Positions 9,425 through 19,480 of a stretch of DNA of 64,000 nt are shown here, one piece after another. The notes beneath the pieces are model-generated. The model was given only the letters and a program-made list of their open reading frames with translations. It did not search any database and was not told the origin of the DNA. The stretch is from Xanthobacteraceae bacterium (GTDB lineage Bacteria > Pseudomonadota > Alphaproteobacteria > Rhizobiales > Xanthobacteraceae): the NCBI GenBank assembly GCA_030037895.1, contig JASHPW010000075.1, forward strand, positions 5,899 to 69,898, in the 5' to 3' direction. Both the position numbers and the translations under genes were made by a program. Within the stretch, counting starts at the first letter, position 1, and each line of letters opens with the position of its first letter.

Positions 9425-11941
9425 ATGTGGATGGGTCCCCGTTATCTCAGATCGCGCCATCGCCGACCTTCCGCGCTGGTATTGCCGGTCAGCGTCGCCG
9501 CCGTGGCGATTTGGTTGGGCCTCGGCGGCTTGCCGGCATCGAGCCAAGTCGCCAACACGAACCAATTGCGGTTCGCGGCGCCGCCGGTTCACCCGAAACC
9601 GCCGCCCACGCCGCGCAACGCACCCATGCTCGTGGAAGCCGCAGAGATCAGATACGATTACACGAACGACACGGTTGCCGCGATCGGCAATGTGCAGATT
9701 TATCATGGCGGATCAACTTTGGAGGCGGATCGAGTCATCTACGACAAGAAAACCAAACGCTTGCGGGCCGAAGGCAACGCCAGGCTCACGGAACCGGACG
9801 GGAAGATAACCTACGGCCAAGTTATCGATCTAACCGATGATTATCGGGATGGCTTTGTCGATTCGCTGCGATTGGAAACAGTGGACGATACCCGCATGGC
9901 GGCAACGCGCGCCGACCGCGCCAAGGGCACTTACACGGTTCTGCAGAACGGCGTCTATACCGCATGCGAGCCCTGCAAAGACGATCCTAAAAAGCCGCCG
10001 CTCTGGCAGGTCAAGGCGGCGCGCATCATTCACGATTCGGGCGAGAAGATGCTCTACTTCGAAGACGGGAACATCGATTTGTTCGGCCTGCCGATGGCTT
10101 GGTTTCCGTTCATGTCGATGCCCGACCAGACCGTCAAACGCAAGAGCGGCTTTCTTTTTCCGACAGTCACAACGAGCTCGACATACGGATTAGGCATTGA
10201 GACTCCTTACTTCCTAGCGCTGGCGCCGAATTACGACCTGACGCTCTATCCAAAATATACGACCCAGCAAGGTCTTTTAATGGAGGCTGATTGGCGTCAA
10301 AGGCTGGCCAACGGCACCTACTCGATTATCGCCGCCGGGATCGACCAACAGGATCCGGGGTATTTTGCGGCGCGCGACGGCGCCGGCGCGCCCTCGACGC
10401 AAGCCTTTCGCGGAGTCGTTTTTACCGCCGGTCAATTCGACATCACCAATCAATGGGTATGGGGCTGGACCGGAATTCTGGTCAGCGACCCCACTTTTAT
10501 AAGCGATTACTCCCTGTATCATCTTTACAATCTTGATCCTTTTCGAACTGAAATCGACCAATCGCCGGCAACCGCTTTTGGCGTATCAGGCACCGAAGGG
10601 GTGTCGCAGCTTTACCTGGCGGGTCGCGGGGATCGCAGCTACTTCGACGTCCGCACCATCTACTATTATGGCTTTGAAGAGACCGATCAGCAATCGCAGC
10701 TACCGGTGATTCATCCGGTGCTGGACTATTCCAATGTGGTGGGCTCCCCGGTTCTCGGCGGGGAAGTGAGCTACAAGGTCAATCTGACCAGTCTCACCCG
10801 AGACGAGGCGAGCTGGGATGCGATCAGTCAATTCGCCGCCAACAACGACTACTGTGTCAATGGCGTCGCGAATACGACCAATCCCGCCATCCTCAATAAG
10901 AAAAATTGTCTGCTGAGCGGCGTCCCGGGAGACTATACGCGCGCGTCCGCCGAGGTCGGCTGGCAAACGACCCTGATCACGAACAACGGACAAATATTCA
11001 AGCCTTTCGTGCAGCTGCAGGGCGATGTCGCGTCCTTGGACGTCGCCAATCAGCCTGGCGTAGCCAACTATCTTCCGATCGGCGAAAGCGATCCCGCCCG
11101 CTTCATGCCGGCCGTCGGTGTCGAGTACCATTATCCGGTCATCGACGTGGAGTCGTGGGGCACGCAGACCATCGAGCCCATTGCCCAGCTCATCCTGCGG
11201 CCGAACGAAACCGAAATCGGCAAGTTTCCTAACGAGGATTCACAAGGTCTGGTTTTTGACGATACCAACTTGTTCAAGATCGATAAGTTCTCCGGTTGGG
11301 ATCGGGTTGAAGGCGGCGGGCGGCTGAATGCCGGTGTCGAGTACACGGCCCAGGTCAACGGCGCCGGTTCGTTCAACGCGCTGTTCGGTCAATCCTACCA
11401 ACTCTACGGCCTGAATTCGTTCGCCGTCGCAGATGTCACCAATACCGGGCTCGACAGCGGTCTCGATAAACCAATTTCCGATTACGTCTGGCGGCTCGCC
11501 TATCAACCGAACTCCACCTATATGTTTGATGTTCGCGGGCGAAACGACGAGGCGACTTTTGCGTCCGAGCGGCTTGAGGTGGAGACGCGCGCCCAATTCG
11601 ATCGTTGGGGCGTGAATCTGATGTATGGCTATTACGCGCCGCAGCCGGAACTCGGCTTCCTGACACAACGCCAAGGTATCGTCGGGGGCGTGTCGTTCAA
11701 GCTCACGCCAAATTGGGTATTACTAGGGCAGGCCCGCTACGACCTCATCGCCCGCCAATTTAGCGTTTCGCGCATTGGTATCGGATACGTGGACGACTGT
11801 CTGCTGCTGTCCTTCAACTATACCACTACCTATACGTATAACGGCACGAATGCTCCGATCCCGGATAATGTGTTTGCTCTGCAGATCAGCCTGCGCACTT
11901 TGGGGCCGGATTTCTTGGCAATGGGTACATATGCATACTAA
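9425..11941 (+). CDS. lptD: LPS-assembly outer-membrane protein LptD (OstA)
   Basis: ~840 aa with an N-terminal signal-like segment. An OstA N-domain (YDKKTKRLRAEGNARLTEPDGKITYGQVIDLTDDYRDGF) is followed by a long beta-barrel-like C-terminal region ending in aromatic residues (...GTYAY). The start is uncertain within 9371-9431. Confidence 0.85.
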   Translation: MWMGPRYLRSRHRRPSALVLPVSVAAVAIWLGLGGLPASSQVANTNQLRFAAPPVHPKPPPTPRNAPMLVEAAEIRYDYTNDTVAAIGNVQIYHGGSTLEADRVIYDKKTKRLRAEGNARLTEPDGKITYGQVIDLTDDYRDGFVDSLRLETVDDTRMAATRADRAKGTYTVLQNGVYTACEPCKDDPKKPPLWQVKAARIIHDSGEKMLYFEDGNIDLFGLPMAWFPFMSMPDQTVKRKSGFLFPTVTTSSTYGLGIETPYFLALAPNYDLTLYPKYTTQQGLLMEADWRQRLANGTYSIIAAGIDQQDPGYFAARDGAGAPSTQAFRGVVFTAGQFDITNQWVWGWTGILVSDPTFISDYSLYHLYNLDPFRTEIDQSPATAFGVSGTEGVSQLYLAGRGDRSYFDVRTIYYYGFEETDQQSQLPVIHPVLDYSNVVGSPVLGGEVSYKVNLTSLTRDEASWDAISQFAANNDYCVNGVANTTNPAILNKKNCLLSGVPGDYTRASAEVGWQTTLITNNGQIFKPFVQLQGDVASLDVANQPGVANYLPIGESDPARFMPAVGVEYHYPVIDVESWGTQTIEPIAQLILRPNETEIGKFPNEDSQGLVFDDTNLFKIDKFSGWDRVEGGGRLNAGVEYTAQVNGAGSFNALFGQSYQLYGLNSFAVADVTNTGLDSGLDKPISDYVWRLAYQPNSTYMFDVRGRNDEATFASERLEVETRAQFDRWGVNLMYGYYAPQPELGFLTQRQGIVGGVSFKLTPNWVLLGQARYDLIARQFSVSRIGIGYVDDCLLLSFNYTTTYTYNGTNAPIPDNVFALQISLRTLGPDFLAMGTYAY

Positions 11942-12032
11942 GCCGCCTAAGCCGCGTCGCGCTGGCCATAATGCGCGAATCGCGCCGGCCTACGGATTGG
12001 AAGCAAACCATAGGTAATTCTTGGTTCTCTCG

Positions 12033-13970
12033 ATGTGTGGCATCGGCGGCATGATCGATTGGCGCGCAGCGACATCGGCGGATGAGTTGCGCACTGTCGG
12101 CGCGGCGATGAATGAGACGTTGCGGCATCGCGGCCCCGACGGTGACGGTCTGTGGATCGAGCCCCAAGAGGGCGTTGTGCTCGGCCAGCGGCGTCTCGCG
12201 ATTATCGATCTCGGTCCCGGTGGCGCGCAACCGATGCATTCCGCTGATCGGCGCCACGTCATCACCTTCAACGGCGAAATCTATAATTATTTGGATATCC
12301 GCCGGGACCTCGCCGCGGCCGGGCGCATAATGCGCAGCGATTCCGATACCGAGGTGCTGCTTGAGGCCTGTGTACTCTGGGGGGTCGAACGGGCGGTCGA
12401 GCGCATGATCGGCATGTTTGCGTTTGCGCTCTGGGACCGCGCCACGCGCACGCTATGGCTCGTCCGCGACCGCCTCGGCATCAAGCCGCTCTACTACGCT
12501 GTCAGTCAGGACCGGGTCCTGTTCGCCTCCCAACTCAAGGCCTTTCGCGCCGCGGCGGATTGGCAGCCGACGATCGACAATGACGCGGTCGTGGGATTTT
12601 TGCGGCACGGGTATATCGCGCAGCCGCGTACGATCTACCGCGAAGCTGCAAAGCTGCCGCCGGGGCATATTCTGACGCTGCGTCCCCGACTGGCGCCGCA
12701 ACTCAGATGCTTCTGGGACGTCCGCAGCATCGCCATCGCAGGTCAGTCGCGCAATGATCCGGTGCCGGACGAGGTCGAGGCGGTTGAGCGGTTGGATGCG
12801 CAACTTCGAGATTCTGTCAAGCTCAGGATGATCGCCGACGTGCCACTCGGCGCCTTTCTATCGGGCGGCATCGATTCCTCCACCGTCGTCGCTCTCATGC
12901 AAGCGCAGAGCACGCGACCGGTGAAGACGTTTTCCATCGGCTTTCATGCCGCCGGTTACGACGAGGCGCAATACGCCAAGGGCGTCGCCGCGCATCTGCG
13001 CACCGACCACACCGAGTTCTATGTCGAGCCGAAACACGCGCTCGAATTGGTCCCGCGCCTTGCCGAATGGTTCGACGAGCCGTTTGCCGATACTTCGCAA
13101 ATCCCAACCTATCTGCTTTCCGAGTTGACCCGAAGACACGTGACGGTGGCGCTCTCCGGCGACGGCGGGGATGAATTGTTCGCAGGTTACAATCGCTACC
13201 TCTGGGCACGACAATTGGCGCTCGTCGCCAAGCTTGTGCCCGGCGCGCTGCGTCGCCCGCTGGCCGCGGCCTTGCGGGGGTTGTCGCCCGAGGCTTGGAC
13301 CCGGCTTCTCGACCGGCTGCCGCTCTTGCCGCGCACGACGCTCGCGGGTGATAAGATCCACAAGATTGCGACGTTGCTGGAGAACGCCTCGCCAGAGGCG
13401 ATCTATAGACGCCTCGTCAGCCAATGGGATCAGCCGCAGGAGATCGCGGTCGCCGGCCACGAACCGCCGGGTCCTTTATATGATCCGAGCATCGCGCGCG
13501 ATTTCCCGGCCTTGGTTGCGCGCATGCAATTTCTCGATCTGGTGACTTATCTTCCCGACGATATCCTGACGAAAGTCGATCGCGCCACGATGGCGGTCGG
13601 ACTCGAGGGCCGCGTGCCTCTGCTCGACCATCGCGTCGTCGCCTATGCCTGGACCTTGCCGCCACGGTTCAAATTGCGCGGCGGCAGCGGCAAGTGGTTG
13701 CTGCGCCGCGTACTCGATCGCTACGTGCCTCGTTCCCTGGTCGACCGGCCAAAAATGGGCTTCGGCGTCCCGATCGATTCATGGCTGCGCGGTCCGTTGC
13801 GCGATTGGGCCGAATCGCTCTTGGCGCCGGCGCGGCTCGCCGCCGACGGGTTCGTCCGCGTCGAACCTGTGCGCCGCGCCTGGAAGGAGCATGTCGAGGG
13901 TACGCGCAATTGGCAGTACCCGTTGTGGACCGTATTGATGCTGCAGGCATGGCGCGCGAGGTGGGCATGA
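12033..13970 (+). CDS. Asparagine synthase (glutamine-hydrolysing) family amidotransferase, copy 1
   Basis: The protein starts MCGIGGM, with the Ntn catalytic Cys at position 2. It also has RGPDG, the FNGEIYN motif and the PP-loop SGGIDSS. The start is moved from 12021 to the ATG at 12033 so that the Cys is residue 2. Confidence 0.9.
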   Translation: MCGIGGMIDWRAATSADELRTVGAAMNETLRHRGPDGDGLWIEPQEGVVLGQRRLAIIDLGPGGAQPMHSADRRHVITFNGEIYNYLDIRRDLAAAGRIMRSDSDTEVLLEACVLWGVERAVERMIGMFAFALWDRATRTLWLVRDRLGIKPLYYAVSQDRVLFASQLKAFRAAADWQPTIDNDAVVGFLRHGYIAQPRTIYREAAKLPPGHILTLRPRLAPQLRCFWDVRSIAIAGQSRNDPVPDEVEAVERLDAQLRDSVKLRMIADVPLGAFLSGGIDSSTVVALMQAQSTRPVKTFSIGFHAAGYDEAQYAKGVAAHLRTDHTEFYVEPKHALELVPRLAEWFDEPFADTSQIPTYLLSELTRRHVTVALSGDGGDELFAGYNRYLWARQLALVAKLVPGALRRPLAAALRGLSPEAWTRLLDRLPLLPRTTLAGDKIHKIATLLENASPEAIYRRLVSQWDQPQEIAVAGHEPPGPLYDPSIARDFPALVARMQFLDLVTYLPDDILTKVDRATMAVGLEGRVPLLDHRVVAYAWTLPPRFKLRGGSGKWLLRRVLDRYVPRSLVDRPKMGFGVPIDSWLRGPLRDWAESLLAPARLAADGFVRVEPVRRAWKEHVEGTRNWQYPLWTVLMLQAWRARWA

Positions 13971-15118
13971 GCCAGCGCCCGCGCAAACTGATTTTCGTCA
14001 CCACGGACCTGCGAACCGGTGGCGCAGAGAATATGCTGGCGCAACTGGTTACGGCAAAGCCTCGGCTCGCCGATGCGATCATCGTCGTCAGCCTGCTGCC
14101 GCCGAACGCTTATTGCGACCGATTGCACGCCGCCGGCATACGCACGGTCGAGTTCAATTTCGCCACCGCGTGGGGGGCGCTATCAGGTCTGGTCAGATTG
14201 GCAAGGTTGATCGCCGTAGAACGGCCCGACATCGTGCAGGGCTGGATGTATCACGGCGATCTCGCCGCGCTGCTGGCGCTGGCGATGTCGGGGCGGCGCC
14301 GGCGAACAGCTCTGATCTGGAGCATCCGCTGCTCGGCATTGGAGCTTACGCGCTACGGCCTTGTTCTTCGCCTCGTCATCAAGTCGTGCGCGCTGCTGTC
14401 CGGCCGCCCTGACGTGGTGATCGCCAATTCGGCCGCGGGCATGACCTCTCATCTTGCGCTCGGCTACCATCCTCGGCGCTGCGAGATCATCGCCAACGGA
14501 ATCGACACCGACACGTTCGCGCCAGATCCGGCGGCGCGCCTGGCGACGCGCGGCCAACTTCGCTTAAGCGAGGACTGCATCGTCGTGGCTCACGTCGCGC
14601 GCGTCGATCCGATGAAGGATCACGAGACGTTTCTCGGCGCGATGGCGGAGCTTCCCGAGTTGCGTGCCTTGATGATCGGCGCCGGCACCGAATATTTGCC
14701 AGACAGTCCGAATATCCGACGCCTCGGTCTTCGCAACGACGTGGGGGCGCTGCTCGCCGCCGCGGATATCGTGGTGTCGAGTTCGGCATTCGGAGAGGGA
14801 TTTTCCAACGCGATCGCCGAGGGCATGGCGTGCGGTTTGCCGGCGGTCGCAACCGAGGTCGGCGACGCGTGCGATATTGTCGGCAACATCGGCGTGCTGG
14901 TGCCGCCGCGGAACCCGCAGGCGCTTGCCGCCGCGATGCGCAGTCTCGCCGCCGAGCCGGCGGCGGCGCGCGCGGTGCGCGCCGCCCGGTCGCGCGAACG
15001 CATCGCCAAGCGCTTTTCGCTCGATCGTGCCGTTGCGCGATTTGCGGCGCTTTATGGAGGGATCCTCGCCGGAACGGTGAGCGCACGACCGAGCTCCGCG
15101 ACCGCGCCGACGAGATGA
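13967..15118 (+). CDS. Glycosyltransferase, GT-B fold (GT4 / group 1)
   Basis: The protein starts MSQRPRKLIFVTTDLRTGGAENML. The C-terminal half has SSSAFGEGFSNAIAEGMACGLPAVATEVGD, the E-x7-E region. Its ATG overlaps the upstream stop (ATGA at 13967-13970), which suggests translational coupling. Confidence 0.85.
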   Translation: MSQRPRKLIFVTTDLRTGGAENMLAQLVTAKPRLADAIIVVSLLPPNAYCDRLHAAGIRTVEFNFATAWGALSGLVRLARLIAVERPDIVQGWMYHGDLAALLALAMSGRRRRTALIWSIRCSALELTRYGLVLRLVIKSCALLSGRPDVVIANSAAGMTSHLALGYHPRRCEIIANGIDTDTFAPDPAARLATRGQLRLSEDCIVVAHVARVDPMKDHETFLGAMAELPELRALMIGAGTEYLPDSPNIRRLGLRNDVGALLAAADIVVSSSAFGEGFSNAIAEGMACGLPAVATEVGDACDIVGNIGVLVPPRNPQALAAAMRSLAAEPAAARAVRAARSRERIAKRFSLDRAVARFAALYGGILAGTVSARPSSATAPTR

Positions 15119-16191
15119 TAAAGGCTGGTTGCGCGCGCCGGCTCGATAATGAAACGTCCATCGGCGCCGAGTTGATCGAACCAGATTCCTGGTACGGGTG
15201 TGGCGAGAAACCCCCGCAGCCCCCGGATGGCCGCGGCGATGCGCCCGTCGTCGCGACGAAATTCGACGGTATAGGCGCGAATGCGCTCGGCCTGGGCCCA
15301 TAGCCGCGCCACCGGGTCGTGCAGGCTGCCGTCGGCGAATATGGCATTGATGGCTACACCGCGGCGGAGATCAAGCCCATGAGCGTCGGCGAAGGCGACA
15401 AGACGCGAGACCGCGGTGGGAGTCGGCCGGCCAACGAGCTTTGCCCAGCGGTCGAGCAGGAAGGCCCATTCGTAGTGATGGCCGGGTTCGCAAACGCGAC
15501 CGGCGATGCCGGACGCCGGTGACCAGTCGGCGGTAAAAAATTCGCGCAACGCTCCGGTCGCCGGATCAATGAAAGTTTCGAGACAAAGCGCGGCAATGCC
15601 GTCGGCCATGCGGCGCCAAGCCGGGTCGGCATCGATCGGCATCCAGGCGAGCGCCGATTCAAAGAGATGCATGTGCGGATTCACGCGCCGCGGCAGACGC
15701 CCTTCACGATCCTCGATGAAGCCGCCGCGCCCGTCGGCAAAGTCGCGTTCGAGCGCGGTGCGGAGCGCGACCGCGCTCCCTCTCCATCCGCCGGCTTCGC
15801 CGAAGGCACGGTGGCCGCTCGCCAAGGCGAGCAGCGCGAATCCCTGATCGTAAAGATCGAAGCCGGCATCGAGAGCCGTGCCGTCGACGTCGACCAGCGA
15901 CCGCGCCGTCGCGTCGGCGGCGACAAAATGCCGGCGGAAATAGTCGAGCGCATGGAGCGCCGCCTCGCGCCATGGGCCGTTCCAGCCGAGCCGTCCGGCC
16001 TCACAATACGAGAACGCCTGGCGCGTGATGGTGCGCGCCCGGTGCGGTCGCGCTACCGGGCTGCCGTCAAGCGCGAGGGCTTCGTGGAAACCACCCGCGA
16101 CACGATCGGCGCCGACCTCCCACCACAGCGGCAGCGCGACATCGAAGAGCCAGTGCCGCAGGGCCAACGCCTCGCCGTCGAGATCGCTCAT
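15052..16191 (-). CDS. AGE-superfamily epimerase/isomerase (N-acylglucosamine 2-epimerase / mannose-6-phosphate isomerase-like)
   Basis: 379 aa. The N-terminus reads LFDVALPLWWEVGADRVAGGFHEAL, and repeated alpha/alpha-barrel motifs are present (HMHLFESALAW, GHHYEWAFLL). Confidence 0.75.
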   Translation of the reverse strand: MSDLDGEALALRHWLFDVALPLWWEVGADRVAGGFHEALALDGSPVARPHRARTITRQAFSYCEAGRLGWNGPWREAALHALDYFRRHFVAADATARSLVDVDGTALDAGFDLYDQGFALLALASGHRAFGEAGGWRGSAVALRTALERDFADGRGGFIEDREGRLPRRVNPHMHLFESALAWMPIDADPAWRRMADGIAALCLETFIDPATGALREFFTADWSPASGIAGRVCEPGHHYEWAFLLDRWAKLVGRPTPTAVSRLVAFADAHGLDLRRGVAINAIFADGSLHDPVARLWAQAERIRAYTVEFRRDDGRIAAAIRGLRGFLATPVPGIWFDQLGADGRFIIEPARATSLYHLVGAVAELGRALTVPARIPP

Positions 16192-16592
16192 GCGGCGGCC
16201 TCCCTGCCGGCACCCACCGCATCTATCCTTGTGCTTGGTTCGATCATCACGGGCGAGCGATGAAGATTTTCGGCGCTGCTTGCTGAGCCGCGATCATATC
16301 GCAGAAGCCTCCGACAGAAACAGCGCTCGGGCGCGTCGCATTCGCTGTTTTGCTGTTCATCGTGGCGCCTGTCGTTGCCGCCATTGGCGAATTTTACGAC
16401 GAGCCGAAGCTCGCGGTGCTGGTGCTGCTCGGTGGCCTATGCTACGCAGCGCCCATTCTCGCGCTGTCCGGTCGACGGTGGCCTCCGCTCGTGCGCAAAC
16501 GCCCGCAAATTGCAGCGCCCGGCGAGGCGTTCATGGGCAAATCCACGCCGGCCGCCGGGCCGGACCCGGTTTGAGTTGGAGCGGAGTTGTTC

Positions 16593-17903
16593 ATGCGCGT
16601 GGTCATGATTGGTGCCGGATATGTCGGGCTCGTTTCCGCGGCTTGTTTTGCTGAGTTCGGCCATCGTGTGACCTGCATCGACAAGGACGCCGAGAGGGTG
16701 GCGGCGCTCAATCGCGGCGAGATACCGATCTTCGAGCCCGGCCTCGCCGATCTTGTCGAGGTCAATGTCCGTCAAGGTCGACTCGAATTTGCGATGGAGA
16801 TGGCGGTCGTGGGCGAGGCCGAAGCCATATTCATTGCGGTGGGTACCCCGGCGCGCCGTGGCGACGGCCACGCCGATTTGAGTTTCGTCTACGCCGCCGC
16901 ACGCGAGATCGCGCCGCGACTGTCCGGCACCGCGGTGGTGATCACAAAATCGACGGTTCCGGTCGGCACCGGCGATGAGATCGAACGCATCCTGCGCGCG
17001 CAACGTCCCGACGCCGATTTGCCGGTTGTGTCCAACCCGGAATTTTTGCGGGAGGGTGCCGCCATACAGGATTTCAAGCACCCCGACCGCATCGTGGTCG
17101 GCACCGATGATGCGCGCGCCCGTGCCGTGCTCGCCGATATCTATCGTCCGCTCTACCTCAATGCCGCTCCGATCGTGTATGTCAGCCGCCGAACCGCCGA
17201 GCTGATCAAATACGCATCGAACGCCTTCCTCGCCACCAAGATCACCTTCATCAACGAGATCGCCGATCTGTGCGAGCGCGTTGGCGCCGACGTACAGGAC
17301 GTGGCGCGCGGCATGGGCCTCGACAACCGCATCGGTGCGAAATTCCTCCATGCCGGTCCGGGCTTCGGCGGCTCATGCCTGCCGAAGGACGCCGCCGCGC
17401 TGATCAGATCCGCCCATGATCACGGCGCGCAATTGCGCGTCGTCGAAACGGTTGTCGCCGTGAACGAGCAGCGCAAACGCGCCATGGCGCGCAAGGTGAT
17501 GGCCGCGCTCGACGGTTCGATCCGGGGCAAGACGATCGCGGTGCTGGGGCTCACTTTCAAGCCTAACACCGACGATATGCGCGATTCGCCGGCGGTCCCA
17601 CTGATCACCGCGCTCCATGACCTGGGCGCCAAGATTCGCACCTACGATCCGGCCGGCATGGAACAGGCCAAGCCGCATCTGCCCGACGTGATCTACTGCA
17701 CCAGCGCCTATGCCGCCGCCGAGGGTGCCGAGGCCGTGGTGATCGCGACCGAATGGGAGCAGTTCCGCGCGCTCGATCTCGATCGACTCCGAAGCGTGAT
17801 GACGCGGTCGGTGATTGTCGATCTGCATAACGTCTATCGTGCAGAGGAGGCGCAGCGGGCAAGCTTCCGCTATCTCGGCATCGGCCGGACCGGCGTCGAA
17901 TGA
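16593..17903 (+). CDS. ugd: UDP-glucose 6-dehydrogenase
   Basis: MRVVMIGAGYVGLVSAACFAEFGHRVTCIDKD is followed by GGSCLPKDAAAL (catalytic Cys) and LGLTFKPNTDDMRDSPA. Confidence 0.9.
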   Translation: MRVVMIGAGYVGLVSAACFAEFGHRVTCIDKDAERVAALNRGEIPIFEPGLADLVEVNVRQGRLEFAMEMAVVGEAEAIFIAVGTPARRGDGHADLSFVYAAAREIAPRLSGTAVVITKSTVPVGTGDEIERILRAQRPDADLPVVSNPEFLREGAAIQDFKHPDRIVVGTDDARARAVLADIYRPLYLNAAPIVYVSRRTAELIKYASNAFLATKITFINEIADLCERVGADVQDVARGMGLDNRIGAKFLHAGPGFGGSCLPKDAAALIRSAHDHGAQLRVVETVVAVNEQRKRAMARKVMAALDGSIRGKTIAVLGLTFKPNTDDMRDSPAVPLITALHDLGAKIRTYDPAGMEQAKPHLPDVIYCTSAYAAAEGAEAVVIATEWEQFRALDLDRLRSVMTRSVIVDLHNVYRAEEAQRASFRYLGIGRTGVE

Positions 17904-18008
17904 GGTGCGGACAGTGCTGGTGGTCCCGTCGCCCGTGAACAACATGCGCTCCGACGTCACCGCAAATCCGCCGGGTCATTCCTTGCGAGACAGCTCGCGT
18001 TGATCAAA

Positions 18009-18221
18009 TCAATTCCGATAAAGCTCCCAGGTCTTGTCCAGCATGCGGGCGAGTCCGAACCGCTGCTCAACAAATGCAGGGCCGTGCGTCTTGACCCGCG
18101 CTTGCCAGGAAGGATCGTCGAGAACGGCCGTCACCTGCCGGGCCAATTCGTTTGCGTTGGCGCCGGCAATCACCCGACCCGTCAGGTCGTCCGCAACAGC
18201 CTCGCGCACGTTCGCGTGCAA
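18009..18221 (-). pseudogene. Remnant of the C-terminal end of a group-1 glycosyltransferase
   Basis: The 70-aa ORF reads ...ELARQVTAVLDDPSWQARVKTHGPAFVEQRFGLARMLDKTWELYRN. This looks like the last helices of a GT4 enzyme, but no N-terminal or catalytic part lies upstream. Confidence 0.4.
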
Positions 18222-18238
18222 GCCGGTTCTGCGGCGGA

Positions 18239-18439
18239 ATGATTGTCGAGGTCGTCGGCGTTCATCTCGCCCACCCCTGTTGGCCGCGCACGCAGGCGCG
18301 CCATATCCGTTGGCTCATGGATTACGGCCGAAGGCGGTCCGGCGCGCTGATCGTGGTCGGCGATTTCAACCTGACGCCGTTCTCCGCCAAGCTCACCAAG
18401 TTCGCGTTCGCCCGGGCGAGATTGCATCACATGCGGTAA
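18239..18439 (+). pseudogene. Remnant of the C-terminal part of an endonuclease/exonuclease/phosphatase (EEP) family gene
   Basis: MIVEVVGVHLAHPCWPRTQARHIRWLMDYGRRRSGALIVVGDFNLTPFSAKL contains the EEP GDFN motif, but the N-terminal two thirds of the fold are missing. It abuts the GT remnant head-to-head. Confidence 0.4.
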
Positions 18440-19434
18440 TAATCGCGATACCAGCGCACGAAGCGTTCGACTCCGTCCTCCAAGGATGTGCGCGGCATGA
18501 AGCCGACATCGCGGGCGAGATCGTCGACATCGGCATAGGTCGCCGGAACATCGCCCGGTTGCATGGGCAGGAAATTCTTGATCGCCTTGCGGCCGAGGCA
18601 GTTTTCCAGGATCTCGATCAGGTGCAGGAGCTTCTCCGGGCGGTGGTTGCCGATGTTGTACAGCCGATAAGGAGCCGCGCTCGATCCCGGGTCGGGAGCG
18701 TCACTGTTCCATGTCGGGTTGGGCGCGGCGACCCGTTCGAGCAGCCGCGCCACGGCTTCGACGGTATCGTCGATATAAGTGAAGTCGCGCTCCATATGGC
18801 CGTGGTTGAAGATCAGGATCGGCTTGTCGGCCAGGATCGCGCGCGTGAAAATGAACATGGCCATGTCCGGCCGTCCCCAGGGTCCATAGACGGTAAAGAA
18901 CCGCACACCGGTGGTGGGAAGGCGGAACAGATGGCTATAGCTGTGTGCAAAGAGTTCGTTCGCCTTCTTGCTTGCGCCGTAGAGGCTCAGCGGATGATCG
19001 ACGTTCTGATGCACTGAGAACGGCATCTTCGTGCCCGCGCCGTAGACCGAGCTCGACGACGCATAAACCAGGTGGCGGACATCATGGTGCCGGCAGGCCT
19101 CCAGGATGTTGACGAAGCCTGCGATGTTGCTGCGGACATAGGCCTGCGGATTGGTGAGCGAATAACGCACGCCGGCCTGAGCGGCGAGGTTGACTACGAC
19201 GTCAAACGAAGCCTCCGCGAACAATGCGTTGATTGCGTTCTGATCGGCGAGATCAAGCCGGACGAACCTGAAGTCGGCAAAATTCTGCAGCATTTGCAGA
19301 CGCGCCTCTTTCAGGGAAACATCGTAATAGTCGTTGAGGTTGTCGAGACCGACGACGCGCTCGCCCTGCTGCAAAAGCTTCCGCGCCAAATGGAAACCGA
19401 TGAACCCGGCTGCTCCGGTCACAAGGATCGTCAT
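18427..19434 (-). CDS. NAD-dependent UDP-glucuronate 4-epimerase-like SDR
   Basis: The protein starts [54 protein letters not shown] and YGASKKANE supply the S and YxxxK catalytic residues. The start is set at ATG 19434 rather than 19563. Confidence 0.85.
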   Translation of the reverse strand: MTILVTGAAGFIGFHLARKLLQQGERVVGLDNLNDYYDVSLKEARLQMLQNFADFRFVRLDLADQNAINALFAEASFDVVVNLAAQAGVRYSLTNPQAYVRSNIAGFVNILEACRHHDVRHLVYASSSSVYGAGTKMPFSVHQNVDHPLSLYGASKKANELFAHSYSHLFRLPTTGVRFFTVYGPWGRPDMAMFIFTRAILADKPILIFNHGHMERDFTYIDDTVEAVARLLERVAAPNPTWNSDAPDPGSSAAPYRLYNIGNHRPEKLLHLIEILENCLGRKAIKNFLPMQPGDVPATYADVDDLARDVGFMPRTSLEDGVERFVRWYRDYYRM

Positions 19435-19480
19435 GGTCGGCGTCTCAAAAAGGCGGCCCGCGTCGGTTTTGCCCGACGAA

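Noticed and set aside
16350-16574. A 74-aa hydrophobic ORF upstream of ugd (MLFIVAPVVAAIGEFYDEPKLAVLVLLGGLCYAAPILAL...).
   Set aside because: It could be a small membrane protein, but it has no recognisable RBS or motif and sits in a probable promoter region. The support is too weak to call.
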